A DNA stretch of 63,830 bases, the filler included, from Octopus bimaculoides (lineage: Eukaryota), in NCBI RefSeq assembly GCF_001194135.2. It is 7 parts of 7 records of this genome, joined end to end, with 100 filler letters (N's around TTAATTAATTAA, not from the genome) between each part and the next. Parts side by side here need not be neighbours in the genome. Positions count along the whole stretch, not along the records: positions 14,014 to 37,698 come from NC_069000.1; 6 more parts are not named here. One strand, given 5' to 3'. The translations under genes and the position numbers were made by a program. Shown here piece by piece: positions 23,820 to 37,072 of this stretch (positions are counted from its first letter, which is position 1; every line of letters starts with the position of its first letter). The notes beneath the pieces were generated by a model. The model saw only the letters and a list, made by a program, of their open reading frames with translations, did not search any database and was not told where the DNA came from.

Positions 23820-25954
23820 TAAAATAAAATATATGCCTACTATGAAAATAATGACGGTAATGACTGCACAGCATAGAAAATTTAAAGCTCTTCAGGTGAT
23901 GCCTCTTCTTCAAATGTTTTAGAGGATGTCGTACCTTCGGACAAGGCTTTCTAGGTGGGCTTGAGGAACATTGCGATGGGAAGTTGCTTTCATTGTTTCT
24001 TCATGGTTGTGAGGAGATTTTTATATGTCTGCATGGCAGCATCAATGGCATTTTTAAATTGGAGAGACCGCACCATACAGGGATGCTTCTGTCTTCTCTT
24101 GCAATTCCTCTGCTGTCCTTAAAAGGTGAGACAGACGTTTGATTGTCAGGCCTGCCTCCTCTTCCCCTTCCTCTTCCTCTGGATCTGGTGCTTCCTCCTC
24201 CTCTTCACTGGCAGACTGAGTTAACTCCAACAAATCTTTGTCTGTCAGAGTTTCAGAGTGGGCATCGATGAGATTGTTGACCTCATCTTGCGTGATGTTG
24301 TGAAAACCTTTGCCTCCAAGTACTTTTGCCAGTTTCACCTCATTGTTGACAGCCTCATGCCGAATATCTTCAAGTGAGAAGCCCTCATAGACCTGGACAC
24401 TCTCTGGCCACACCTTCCAGCATGCAATCAGGGGTTTTTTTTTTCATGTCTTTAAGAGCAGCATGGAAGACTGATAGGCATATTGTGATAGTTAAGTTAC
24501 ACCTTTACTCGTTTGGCTTGAAATTTTTGTCTGAATCTATTGAGTTCTGAGTGTAAAGTGGCTTGAAGGCATGGATCACGCCTTGATCCATAGGCTGAAT
24601 GAGGGAGGTGGTGTTAGCAGAGAGCATCCAGTGGACAGGCAGCAGGATTTTATTATTTTTGAAGGCCCTCAGGTTCGTGGACTTGTAGATAAGTCCTGCT
24701 ATCATCATGTAGCCAACAGCTTTGCCACACATAATTAGCATCACTCTGTCCTTCTGTGCCTTAAATCAAGGGGCTCTGGCTTCGTCCTTCATTATGTACA
24801 TTCTGGAAGGCATCTTCTTCCAGAACAAGCCAGTCTCGTCCATATTGAAAACCTGTTCTGGCTTGTGTCTGCCAGAATAATACAAAAAATATCAATATGT
24901 AGAGTTTGTTGTATAAAATCTATGCAAAAGGAAAGAATTTGAAAATATTTCCAAATTAGCAACAGTAAAAGCAACAGCACTACCATCATCTTCAAGGTAC
25001 TTCTTGGTGGCCTCTTTGTCAGCTGATGCTGTCTCTCCATGCAGGGAAACGTCCTTTATTTTAAACTTCCTGGAAATGGTCAAACCATCCCTTGCTGCCT
25101 CGAAAATCCTTGGGCTCTGGTGCTGTCAATGGTCTTGGTTGTGGTTCTTTGGTGCCTTCTGCTCCATCTCCTCTGTCAAACTGCTGGTATAATTTCTGCG
25201 CCTTCTTGTAGATGATGTTGCTACTCAAGGGAATGTTTTCATCTTGCAGTTACTGATCCCACGAGGTAGATTCCATCCTGACTAAGTGCTTATTTCTCAC
25301 TGTCATTTTGGCACTGTCACAGAAACTTATTGCTATGGTAGACCTGGCACTTTCACAGAAAGTCAGGTAGACCTGATTGCTACCTCGTTCTTCTTTATGT
25401 AGCATATAGTGCTTTCACTGATATCATAACAGCGACCTACTGCAGCATAACTTTTACCTTCCTGGAGCATATCCATCAGTTGCACCTTCTCATGGAATGT
25501 CGTAACTTTTTTCTGGTGGTTAGGTTCACTGCCAGAAGCCTTAGAAGGTGTAGGGCATTTGACTGGCATCTTAGGGCTTTAAATAACATGCTGCAAAAAG
25601 CACAACATTCAACGAAACAGTCGAGATAGCTACTGGATGCAGTTTTCCCAAAAAATATGTACAAAATAATTTTCCTTGTGTCTAATATGTGCATACCACC
25701 AATGGGAGATTGAGCAGAGATTAAAAATAATCATGGTTTTGAAAAATTTAGTGTGTATTACCACTAGATACAGTAATCTATACTGTAATAATAATGAGAG
25801 AGAGAGAGAGAGAGATATTGCCACAAAAGAAGTCAAAAAATTGCAGATGATATTTACGATTCCATGAATATGGGGTGGTTTCCGCAAACAATTATTCGTT
25901 CCGCGGATAGCCGGGACCACAAGTGCTGAACTGCGAATAAGCGGGGGTACACTG
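23820..25954 (-). mobile_element. Tigger/pogo DNA transposon, degenerate
   Basis: Terminus TA|CAGTGTACCCCCGC at 25954; MPVKCPT...KKVTTFHEKVQLMDML (HTH), SLHGETASADKEA, VFNMDETGLFWKKMPSR, TSLIQPMDQGVIHAFK. Confidence 0.92.
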
Positions 25955-26156
25955 TATATGAAATGGGAGAGTGAGAAAGAGCGAAATAACTGTGATAGGA
26001 ATGGTTTGTTTGATGATGTCTGGCTTAGGGTTACTGAGTTGTGTAAAGAGGGTCTGCTATTTGTCATATCTGATAGATTAGGCTTACTGTGTTAAGGGAT
26101 GGAGTCTATTCTGCAATGCCAGAAACTAATTTTTACACAAGCAGGTTGGATTTTCT

Positions 26157-26158
<2 letters not shown>

Positions 26159-26197
<39 letters not shown>
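26159..26197. repeat. Poly(A) run
   Basis: Direct reading. Confidence 0.95.
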
Positions 26198-26199
<2 letters not shown>

Positions 26200-26599
26200 C
26201 AGAAAAGAAAAGGAGAGACAAAACAACTCTGAAAGAGGCTTTTCAAGGATTAATTTGTGCCTGCTAAGTTAACTCCTGTACTTATAAGCTAATCTGAAGC
26301 ACTAACATAGGAGATGGCATAAGGGTTGGGTTGCTCGTAGGGTGGGAGCTAAACATATGAACTTTTAGTTTTGGAGGCTAACAAAGTTGCAACAGATCTG
26401 TAGTTTGTCTCAGGGAAGTTAATACTACAGAAATTGAAATTTGTTTCTGATCTAGATGCCAGTTAACAAAAGAAAACAGCCAGAGATTTAGCATATATTT
26501 TTAAGAAGTATTAAAATGTTAAGGGTTAAAATTATTTTACATTGATTAATTGTAAGAGTTTAGGAGTTTAACATGTTGAGAAATTTTTATCTTTACAGA

Positions 26600-26825
26600 A
26601 CACACTTTAAACAGGCCATATCAGGCCCGAGTATCTGACCTGTTTTATGTTCAAACTGGCATGATCTGGCCTCTCACACTTAACCTACAATGTCAGTCTA
26701 AAAATAAACTGTCGTATCATCGAAATCTCAAAGCTACAAGATAATTCATGATTGATTGGAAACAATAAAGAAAACAATAAAGAAGCATTACAGTTGACAG
26801 AATAATCTGAATGCTAAATGGTGAA
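26600..26825. mobile_element. piggyBac-like MITE, copy related to 37073-37290
   Basis: Shares ttttatgttcaaactg, tcgaaatctcaaagctacaagataa and aatctgaatgctaaa with the 37 kb copy. Confidence 0.45.
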
Positions 26826-27499
26826 ACTTTTTTTTTAGTTTCTTTAACACTTAAGGTGATTTAGTAGAGTCCTAATGCTTGAATCAAACTGTCCCTAGTC
26901 CCAGTGTATTCACTACTAAAATTTTAATGAAAAGTTTGTAAATCTGGTGTCAAGGTGACAATATGTAACAGTAGAGCTTGACAGTGATGTTACTCTTATG
27001 TAGTGAGGTATCGTTCTCTGTGGCATTCTGGCTCAATGTTAGAACTGTCTTATTGGTAGTTACAAATGTCATTTAATACAGTCAGTAGTTCAGTTCTACA
27101 ATATATGTGGCAGTTTCTATGGAAGACTTGACACAAGCACTTAGACTAATAAGTGGCCTTTTGTATTAAGAATTAGTTTATAACCAAGGCAGGATTTTGT
27201 TTCATTAATGGTTACCACCTTACGAGAGACAAAACCTTTGGTAAAAAGAGGAATACCAAAGCTGACATAAGAAATTGTATTTCTATGGCAGCTGATCGTA
27301 TTGCAGTTCTAATGACTTTTCCATTAGGATTGTATACCTCCGAGTTGAGACTATGATTGAGCTTTTCATTTGCAAGCTATATTCCTAGGTTTTTGTTTTT
27401 CAGAATTGAAATGTACCATGTTACCCCCGAGAGAGAGTGACAGACAGACAGACACACACACACACACACGTCTGTATATAAGACTGTCATATATGGTGC

Positions 27500-27690
27500 C
27501 ATTTAAAAGAATCCAGCACACTCTATAAAGTGGTTGGCATTATAAAGAACATCCAGTGATAGAAGCCATGCCAAATCACACTGGAATCTCCCAGCTTGCT
27601 AGCTCTTGTCAAACTGTCCAACCCAAAGCCAGCATGGAAAATGGACATTAAATAATAATAATAATAATAATAATGATGATGATGATGATG
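27500..27690 (+). mobile_element. RTE-type 3' tail fragment (further copies at 29440-29660, 41380-41530, 54250-54365, 56300-56500)
   Basis: ccagcatggaaaatggacattaaa followed by (TAA)/(TGA)n; matches the RTE 3' end at 57256-57430. Confidence 0.8.
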
Positions 27691-27835
27691 ATGATATATA
27701 TGTGATAAGCTTTTTGAAAGATTTTTGAAAGAATTCTTATATAATTAGTATCAAACAGAAGGAACAAACAGCTGGTATATTTTTCTCTTTAAACGCAATA
27801 AATATCCAAATTAATTTATTTTGTTTTATATAGTA

Positions 27836-28332
27836 CTAGCTGCACTCCATACAGACTTTTAAGCTAGCTTCTGTGGAAGGCTAATTGGGCCTGCAACCCA
27901 AAACTGAAGAGAGCTAAACAGCATGACTATGATACATCTATAATGACTATATGCCCTGGTGGTGATTGATCAGAGGTTAAGGACAGATGAGAATTAATTC
28001 TGTTATGCAATCATTTTATTGTCCAAGTCCCGATTTGAATTCCCACTGGTGGCTTGACATAAAATTAATGAAGCGAATGTCATATATCTTCCCCTTGGTC
28101 TCTGACATCATCTGACAAATGTCAACCAAGATGGCATGAAATAGCAAGCCAAATGCTTTTAAATCAGACGTTCAATATTGGATGTTCAAGAACCAAATGA
28201 AGGGTAGATTTTCAATCCTGGGATCATGCTGATTTCAAAAAGGTATAATATGTCTATGTAGAGCAAATGTAGGCTGAGATACAGGGGTCCCAGACAGACA
28301 AGCAGACAGAGTTTTGCTTTCATTATTATAGA
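27836..28332 (-). mobile_element. Non-autonomous Helitron, apparently complete (497 bp)
   Basis: Minus strand A|TCTATAATAATGAAAGC...CAGCTAG|T; imperfect subterminal hairpin (tccacaga/tctgtatgga). Confidence 0.6.
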
Positions 28333-29689
28333 TACAGCAGGGTTTTTTTTTAATGATGTTTTCAGAATACTGGGATTTCTGGAAGAAACTAAGTGAAAGA
28401 GACAAGTGGGATCAGATACTGGCTGGTCTGGATAAATTTAGAGCATTCTTTCAGTCATATTTTATAGAAATAAAGTTTTTTTTAGGCATGAGTCTTCTAG
28501 CTTAAAGTTAAAAAACAAAAAAATAAATGCGGTGTATAGTTGTGCTTTCTAAAGTTTTATCAGTTAGTTAGGGTTCAAGTATTCCTTTAACCCTAAAGAT
28601 TTATGGTTCATCTAAGTTTAAGTTTAGGGAATTTCATAGTCTTCAAGATGTTTTTATATGAGAAATGTTGTGAACAGTTTTTTTTCTTGTCCTGAAAAAT
28701 TTCTAAAAGAGCTGAGTGATTCAGCAGAGTATCAGGAGTACTGTACTCAGGAGTTATATTTATGATCTACTTTACCTTAAAAACGTTGTCTGTGAGAACA
28801 AGTGCCATCAGTTACTGTTTGGCAGGAATGGATCACACAGATGTGTGTGTCTCATTGATGGCAGAAGTGGAGGATTAAGTTGTTTGGGAATTTCATGATA
28901 ATGACAATTCTGGATCATCCTTACAAGCTAACCACAAGAATACACTGTTAAATTATTGTGACTGCAATAGGGGAGTGATGTGAAAGAGATTTAATGTCTG
29001 TATGGTTTAAAGGTATTGGATGCATTTGTTGAAGAACACACGGTTAGTAGTTTGAGTACAGTTGGGATAAAAATACCATTGGTAAAGAAGCATTGCATAT
29101 CTGAAACTAGGAAGATCTGAAAGTTGCCGTTCTTTTTTTTACAAACATTAATTTGTGTGTGTGTGTGTGTGAATGATGCCTGCTCACTCAATTCAAACCT
29201 CTTTATCACCTCACTTATTCTCACCACCCCCAAGGTTCCTCAAGAGCATGTCTCGAGACATTTCATCACCATCTCACTCACTGTTGCTCTCCTTATCTTA
29301 CTCTCCAAATCGCTCTGCTTTCTCTTCTAACTTGGGTATCCATGTATCTACTCTACAGCAACAAACCTATTTCTGTCCTTCTATACCTTTTAGCCACCAC
29401 CCTTTCAGTGCTACTCCCCACTCCCAGTTGAAGGACTTTTGTCTTGTAAGTTACTTGGTAACCCTGTTGGTGATGGTGCCATGTAAAAAGCACCCAGTAC
29501 ACTCTGTAAAATGGTTAATGTTAGAAAGGTCATCCTGCCTTAGAAACCATGCCAAAACAGATAATGGAGCCTGGTGTGGTTCCCAGCCTTGCTAGCTCCT
29601 GTCAAACCATCCAGTCCATGCCAGCATAGAAAACTGATGTTAAATGATGATGATGAGGAGGAATCTGTTGTCTATATCCCAGTTACTTA

Positions 29690-30345
29690 TAAATGTGAAG
29701 TCTATTTGGTTCACATGTTCACCTGAATGGTAGGTAATCAGATAGGTGGCTTTCTGAAACTTGTGGTATCATTGCTATCCCAAAATTCAAAAAGCTTTGA
29801 TTCCTCTTCTTTCTTTGATACATGGCCATAACATCCATGTACATCAGAGTAACCAACCTGTCTCAGTATGTCCATTGAAGTCGCCACCTATTACAAGGTC
29901 AATGTCATTCATTATGAAGGTAGTTTGCAAGGGAATTTCATAGAAATGGTTTTTTCTGTTCATCTATCAGTCCTGGCTATGGATCACTCTTACTGTCAAG
30001 TTATCTACTCTGTTATTCTATTTCTCTGCCAACATGTTTATACTCCAGAGTTGTCACCCACCCAAAAAAATTTGTACTTGCATTCTTTACCTGTGAGAAA
30101 TCTGCATGAAATCCCCTTCCCTGCCGCATCTTGTACAAAGCTCTCATCTACTTGCTTCTGCTCTAACAGCTCTACTACAATCTTTCCAGACCTACCTTTT
30201 ATCATTCCAATGGTAATGATGGCAATCTGAAAGCTCCGCACTTGGTAAAAACAAAAGTTTCCACTGATTGTGATGGTGACTGGGTTGCTTGATAAACATC
30301 TGCACCTAAAAGGAGGAAGACTTTCTGCTGATGGTTTTTGTGGGT
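29690..30345 (-). mobile_element. RTE-clade LINE endonuclease (APE) fragment
   Basis: GISCRFLTGKECKYKFFWVGDNSGV; NDIDLVIGGDFNGH; FRKPP. Confidence 0.8.
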
Positions 30346-30555
30346 TAAATGCTGTCACTTAATGCAAAGTTTGAGATGTATTTTGATTTCAACTTCTTTC
30401 ACTATGAAGTAGAAGTAACATTCATACTCTGCTAGTTTACAAAGCAAACAATATGCAACACAAGGGGTTTTGAACTTACAAACTGTAGGTTCAAATCCCA
30501 ACACTTTTGAGCCATCTGCAATTATTAACAATGTCTTTTTTCTATCTTATTTCAG

Positions 30556-30900
30556 CTCCACCTGAGGATGTTGAAATACGATCCAACTTTATTGTTCTGG
30601 CTGATAAAGAACATGAGTTTAACGTAGGTAAACAGATTCATTTAATATGTGATTCCCATATTGGCAGCCCTCCTGGCAAAGCAAATTGGTTCATTACTGA
30701 TGATCTTGTCGATTTCAATAACTTCAACGTCATTACAGAAAATGTTTCTAGTTCAGGTCCAATACCTGTTGCATCTTCATGCCAGACCAGTCTGAAAATT
30801 AGCTTGAAGTATTACCCAAACAGAGAGATGAAGGTAGCCATAAAGTGTGGTGTTAATAATACTGTTGGAGAAAAATCATTCATGAGGATCTTTAATATTG
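30556..30900 (+). CDS. Immunoglobulin-like (C2-type) domain exon
   Basis: Acceptor tttttctatcttatttcag| and donor ATTG|GTAAGT; 345 nt, phase 1-1; APPEDVEI...GKQIHLICDSHIGSPPGKANWF...KVAIKCGVNN, with the Ig Cys-Trp-Cys pattern. Confidence 0.9.
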
Positions 30901-32169
30901 GTAAGTACTGATTTATTGATACAGTTTCTTTTCTCTGTTATATTGCTTTATTATCAATTGCTGAGCCATACTTATTTAATTGATGAGTATGCTTATCATA
31001 TCAGAGCCTGCTATTGGTATTGTAATATTATGCAAGCCTGTTAATGACATTACAATGTCGCACATACATGCTGATGGCATTGCAATGCCTTGCAAGCCTG
31101 CTAATGGCATTGTATCAGTGTCATTATTATCATGAACATTTTAATGCCTGTTGATTGATAGGATCTACACCAATATTCTTAGTCTTATGAGACCTACCTG
31201 ATATTCCACCACCATCTTACCTAAATGGGATCCTATTCTATTCAAAGAACTAGTTTACAACCTGTTTTATTTTGGTTTTTTGACCTTTCAAAATGCTTAA
31301 CTGTTCTTTGTCAATGGTTCCTTACCATTCTTTTGTTTTTTTTGTTTTGCTTACAGCTCCTTCTTGCATCCATGTAACCCATCCTGTAGATGTTGTTAGT
31401 TGAAAACATAGCATCTGCAGTGTATATTAACTGCAGCTTCGTCATAGAAATGACCATTTTTATCCAGATAAAACTGTATTAGCAAATGAATTTCATTAGC
31501 AACATAAAATTATGAACGTCGCCACGAATTATCTTTAAAAATGTGTACCAAGAATAATAATTCTTAAAAACATAAAATATATAGTAACAAAACAAATATA
31601 ATTGGTACTCAATTCAGTGTGATGTTTGGTTGATGCAAAATTGCAAGTTTTTTTCAAAATCAGGTCACATTGTTGATCACTATTTCGAAATAGATGCTTG
31701 CCTTTTGCCTTTCATTGTAAGTTCCTTTACTAAAGCCAAATTCAATAAGTAAAAAAAAAAATCCAAATAATTCTGCTTTCTCCATGAAAGTGGGAGCTCT
31801 CTAGCAATTTCATAACTTTTCTATGAATTATAGTTTTTATAAATTTCATTACTTTTCTTTGTTTGCTATGCTTGTATCTAGGTTGAACTTTTTCATCACT
31901 CTTGTAATTCAGTGAGACTTTGCTGTAATTTGATATCAACATTACTTGCATTTACACCTAATAGATCTACCACACAACCTAAAACACTTCAAATAATCAA
32001 CATATACAGAAATATTATCATCTTGCAGTTTCATATCAATTGTAGCCAAGGTTAAAAACTATACCAGTTGTGACATCCTCCTATGTTAACCCTATCTTGA
32101 GTTCCTAAGAAAAGTCATAAGAGCCACTTTGTAGATTGTTGTTGTTGTTATTGTTATTCTTCTTAGTAT

Positions 32170-32620
32170 AATTATCATCATCATCATCATTAAGGTGGCA
32201 TTTTGTCCATTTTTACATTCTGAGTTCAAATTCTGCCGAGGTTGACTTTGCCTTTCATCCTTTCAAGGTTGATAAAATAAGTACCATTGAACACTGGGGT
32301 CAATGTAATCAACTTAACCCCTCCCCTGAAATTTCTGACCTTGTGCCAGAAATTTTAAATCATTATTATTGTTGTATTGATGTTACTGAAATTAGTGAGC
32401 TGATAGAACCGTTAGTGTCAGACAAAATGTCATAAGCTGCTTTTTCTACCATTTTCTACTCTGGTTTCAAATCCCACTGAAGTCAACTTTGCTTTTCAGA
32501 TGTGTGTGTGTGATAAAAAAAAAAAAAAATACCAGTCAAATACTGGGGGTTGATGATATTGACTAACCACCTCCCCACAGAATTGTCAGCCTTGTGCTAA
32601 AATTTGAAGCCATTATTATT
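32170..32620 (+). mobile_element. Two family-A SINEs in tandem
   Basis: Core gttgactttgcctttcatcctttcaaggttgataaaataagtacc; ATC/ATT flanks. Confidence 0.8.
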
Positions 32621-33103
32621 TTATTGCATTGCACAGTGTGGATATAAATGACTAGATTTTTGTTGTTATTTTTTCTTTGTAAATTGTCAAGCCTTAACAA
32701 AAGGTCCTAGATAGAGTGGGCCTCTTTAAGAGTGAAGTGTTCCAAAGGGTGTAGGTTTTTGGAGTTTTCACATATGTGTTGAAGTCCAGGTGTTCCAAGT
32801 TTAAAAAAAAATTTTTTTTTTTACCCTGAGGGGCTTGATCCTAATATTCTGAAGATAACTAGTACAACCTTCATTTTGCTGCTAGATGTTTCTACATTCT
32901 TGATATCTCTACTTTTAAATTGGCAAATATATTGAGATCTCTATTTCTTTTTTGTCTGTGATATTTTTGTCTGAAAGAATTAGTCTCCATTACAAGGCAT
33001 TCTTTTTTTTTTTCATGTCATAAAATGATATCTGTCTATGATCTTCATTTGTTCTGGATGTCAAAATACCATACAATTTTTGGTTTACCAAGTTCATTTA
33101 GAG

Positions 33104-33345
33104 CAATGTTTCTCACTCACTTTTTTGATTCCTATTTTACTCTACTGGACTTCCATACCTATTTGATGTGTATAAAATACATTCTACAGTATTTTTATAA
33201 TTAAATATTATTAGGAAGTGTATAAAAAAAAATTTTGATATTTTGTGTATTGTAGAAGTATAAAGAATTTATTGTAGAAGTATAAAGAATTTATTGTAGA
33301 TAACTTTTAGCAAAATCTTGTATAGATCCCAGTTGAGAACACCTG
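33104..33345. mobile_element. hAT-Charlie-type MITE
   Basis: 8-bp TSD ATTTAGAG at 33096-33103 and 33346-33353; termini caatgtttctca / ttgagaacacctg. Confidence 0.8.
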
Positions 33346-33399
33346 ATTTAGAGCATTACTGGTATATGATTATACCACTTGCCTAAAGTGTTGCATCCA

Positions 33400-34380
33400 T
33401 ATTATCTATAAGGTGATCAGTGTTAATTTAGACAAAATTTATGATGTCACTTGTATTCCTTCTGAGCTCTCTACTACAATATGCTCAATATTTTCCTCTC
33501 ACTGATTACATAGCAGTTGTTTGAAAAGTGTAGCTTACTATTCTAGTGTTTTGAGTTTGATCATGCACAACCACCAATGAACTCAGTTTCTCTCCAGAAC
33601 CACTCCCATGATGAGTCATGATTTTTTTCTTTTTTTTAACCTTCTTAGTGTCTCTGAAATTGTTCAAGTAACTACATTTCTACTTTGGTATGTTTTCTTC
33701 TCTTTCTTTAACACAAGGAACTCTTAATTCTATTGCAGAAAGTAGTAGCTCATTACTCTTTGATGTACTAACCTTTAGTGATCTTTATTCTTCATTTATG
33801 CAATCAGAAATGCTAATAAGTTCTCTCCCTCCTATGTTCTGTTTCTTGTATTAGCAACTAGCATTTACCTTTAGATTAAGTGCTCCATGCATAGCTAGGG
33901 TTATTCTATCTAATGCCTCCATTTCATTCTTCATCCAATTCTCTATTCCAGCACTGTAACACAGTAGCAATCGCCCATGTGTTAATTGCATTTATCAGGT
34001 TCCTTGCATTAAGTTTGGGCTTCACGACAAGCTTTAACTCCTTTAGATATATTGTTTTCACTTTTTCCTTCACTTCTTTATGCATAAAATTGAGTTCCAG
34101 TATGCCAGGTTACTCGTGCCTATTGTCATCAGGATCTAAAGTCTGTTCTTCCAGTAAGTTTATTCCATTACAATGGGTTCTCCTCCCTCTTTCCATTATT
34201 AAACTTACATTTTGATATACCAAACTCCATTCCAATATCACTACACATCTTAACAGCATTAAGTGGAGTTTCTTTTTCAGACTTTGCTAATATTTTCAAA
34301 TCATCCATGAAGGATAAATGATTTAGAGTGGAATTTCTTCCTAGTTTGTAGCCCATATTGACAATTCTAAATGTCATTCA
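33400..34380 (-). mobile_element. R4/Dong-like LINE fragment, degenerate
   Basis: LNHLSFMDDLKILAK, DIGMEFGISKC, KLIKANLMQGT..NAINTWAIA. Confidence 0.78.
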
Positions 34381-35354
34381 AATGAATATTAGTGCAATAA
34401 CAAATCACAAGAGAAATTGTTACTATGCATTTTTTTTTTAATGGCTACACTTTCTAGCGATGTCATGTTCACCATCAATTTTGTCTTCCAGTGAGTCATA
34501 CATGCAATGAGAGTTGTTATTGTGGTTTTAACAGATGCATAAATTATTTGAATACTGAATGTTTGGAATTTAATATTCTTTGTTTCTATCTTTGTTCTTT
34601 CAGTTAAAAATGAAGAAAAGGGTAAGTTTAACAACTAAATCATTCCTTCAAATGCGAGTGTGTGTGTGTGTGTGTATACAATGTATGCATTTATGTAACT
34701 ATTAAGGTTTGATTGTAAAACCTGTAGATGAGCCTGTGGAAGAATTCAAAATCTCAGTGTACAGCTATCAGTGTTCAATAATCAGTATTTAAATAAAACA
34801 AAGAGAATGACTTCAGTTTCTTTATTTTTCAGTTCACGTGATATTTTGAAATTTCTTTTGGTTTCAGAATAGTAATGAATTTGATGGTGAGGTGGTTATC
34901 TGCCTTTTCTTGCTCGATTAAACAAATACTCTTAGAATAATATTGTGATCAGTCATTTCGAAAAGAGAAGGGAATTCACTGGGAGATTTGCTTTCTCCAC
35001 CATTGCCATTACTATCTCCGCTCTCCCATCTCTATCATCATCACCAGTAACCTTTTCCATTTACTGCTGATTCCTGTCTTCCAAGTGATTGTATTGTCAT
35101 TGGTTAAAAGAAATCATCATATGACATTTGTTGGCTGCTAAGTAGAAAATGTCAATGCTGCTGTGAAACTCCAGCTTGTCCCTCATCCAAATTGTTAGTG
35201 GAGAGGCTAAATGGACAGATATCTGTAGAGTTAGTCTTCCAATCATCATCATTACTTGAGGGGTGTGGTTCTAATTGGTTTTCACAATACAAATGGGGTT
35301 GCCATTTTAATCACTCTTAACTATTTTTGTTATTATTGTTAGCAGGTTGATGGA

Positions 35355-35930
35355 GGGGCTGGAGCATTAGAAAAAATGTCTGTTTTGCAGTTATATAACC
35401 TTTTACATTCTGATTTCAAATCCCACCAAGACTGTATTTGCCTTTCATCCTTCTTGGGTCAATAAAGTACCAGCTGAGTACTGAGGTTGATTTGATCAAC
35501 TAACCTCTCTCTTCCAACTTTCTGGACTTGTGCATAAATTAGAAGCATTATTATTATTATTATTGTAGTTTCTGCCAAGGTCAGCCTTTGCCTTTCATCC
35601 TTTCAGGGTCGATAAATTAAGTACCAGTCAAGTACTGGGGTCGGTGTAATCAACTATTCCCCTCCCCACAAATTCCAAGCCTTGTGCCTATAGTAGAAAG
35701 AATTATTATTAAGGCAGCAAGTTGGCTGAATCATTAGCATGCTGGGCAAACTATTTAGTGGCATTTCATCTGTTGTTACATTCAGAGTTCAAATTCCACC
35801 AAGTTCAACTTTGCTTTTTATTTTTTCAGGGTCAATAAAATAAGTACCAGTCAAGTACTGGGGTTGATGTAATCAACTTCTTCCCTTCCAAAACTGCTGG
35901 CCCTGTGCTAGAATTTAAAGCCATTATTTT
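35355..35930 (+). mobile_element. Cluster of three family-A SINEs separated by (ATT)n
   Basis: Repeated core cctttcatcctttcagggtcgataaattaagtaccag. Confidence 0.85.
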
Positions 35931-35940
35931 TATTATTTAT

Positions 35941-36456
35941 TGTCTTTGCACAGCTTCTAATGCTGGAGATGTACTACGGTGCCAGCTGTTCACTACCAGT
36001 GAACTAAGGTAACACCCCTTATTTTTCGAGCACCATCCGGAGTATTTGAGCGGTTCCAGGCAGTGCTGTTTTCTGCAAGTGCTCCACTATTATTGCAGCC
36101 CTTATTTGTTCCATGTACTTCTCAAGATTTTTACTCACTGTTCCCAGGGCTCCGACAATTATTGGTACTATTACCACCTTTTTTCATCGACCACAACTAC
36201 TTAACCTCCCAAGCTAACCTGTTATATCTATCAACTTTTCTTTCTTCCTTATCGCATACCTTGTTGTCAGCTGGGCATGCTATATCTATAATCCAGCATC
36301 GTTTGCTTTCTTTCTCAATTAACACTGTCTAGTTTCCTATTCTTTTTCTCATGGTTGCACTGAATCATAAAATCCCATAGGATCTTCGCATTATCATTTT
36401 CGATGATGCCTTCAGGTTTATGTTCATACCACTCTTTTGCTCTGTCAAATTTATAC
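35941..36456 (-). mobile_element. R4/Dong-like LINE 3' end (RLE domain)
   Basis: KEWYEHKPEGIIENDNAKILWDF; WIIDIACPADNKVCDKEEEK; VPIIVGALGTV; TAA-rich flanks on both sides. Confidence 0.88.
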
Positions 36457-36477
36457 TTATTATTATTATTATTATTG

Positions 36478-36630
36478 TGGTGAGCTGGCGGAATCATTAG
36501 CATGAAGTGTTTAGCAGCATTTTCTTTGTCTTTACATTCTGAGTGCAAATTTTGATGAGGTTGACTCTGCCTTCCATCCTTTCAGGGTCAATAAAATAAG
36601 TACCAGTTTCGCACTGGGGTCAGTGTATTC
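36478..36630 (+). mobile_element. Family-A SINE
   Basis: ggtgagctggcggaatcattagc...ccttccatcctttcagggtcaataaaataagtaccag. Confidence 0.85.
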
Positions 36631-37072
36631 TTCAAAATAAAAAAAAACTGAATACTAGACATATACTGAGGTGGTGGGGAGTAGTACGTTTGTCAATTAT
36701 AAGTAGTAGTAGTATTGTATTGCTGAATACTATGTATTTGAATTTGTTGGAAGAAATATTGCAAAATACTTTCTCTGACTATCTAACAATTCTGCCAGCT
36801 CATTGCCCTTACAATTGTTATAATAGTAGCAAAAATTTGGCATTTTATTGTAATGAAGTGTGTGTGTATGTGTGGTATGCATGCACATATAAATAGATCA
36901 ATAGGTACACAGACTCGAGATACACGCATCTAGAGTCCTTTGTTTTTATTTTCTCATCATCTCATTTCTAACAAGAATACATTAGTTTTATATTTTATTG
37001 ATACTTTGATAAAACATGAAAGTTTCCAGTGTCTAAAATGAGTTGTTTCCTAACCATTAACTTCACTCTAAA

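Noticed and set aside
28366-28500. Protein-like frame YWDFWKKLSERDKWDQILAGLDKF after an acceptor
   Set aside because: No donor, ends in a stop, no resemblance to an Ig exon
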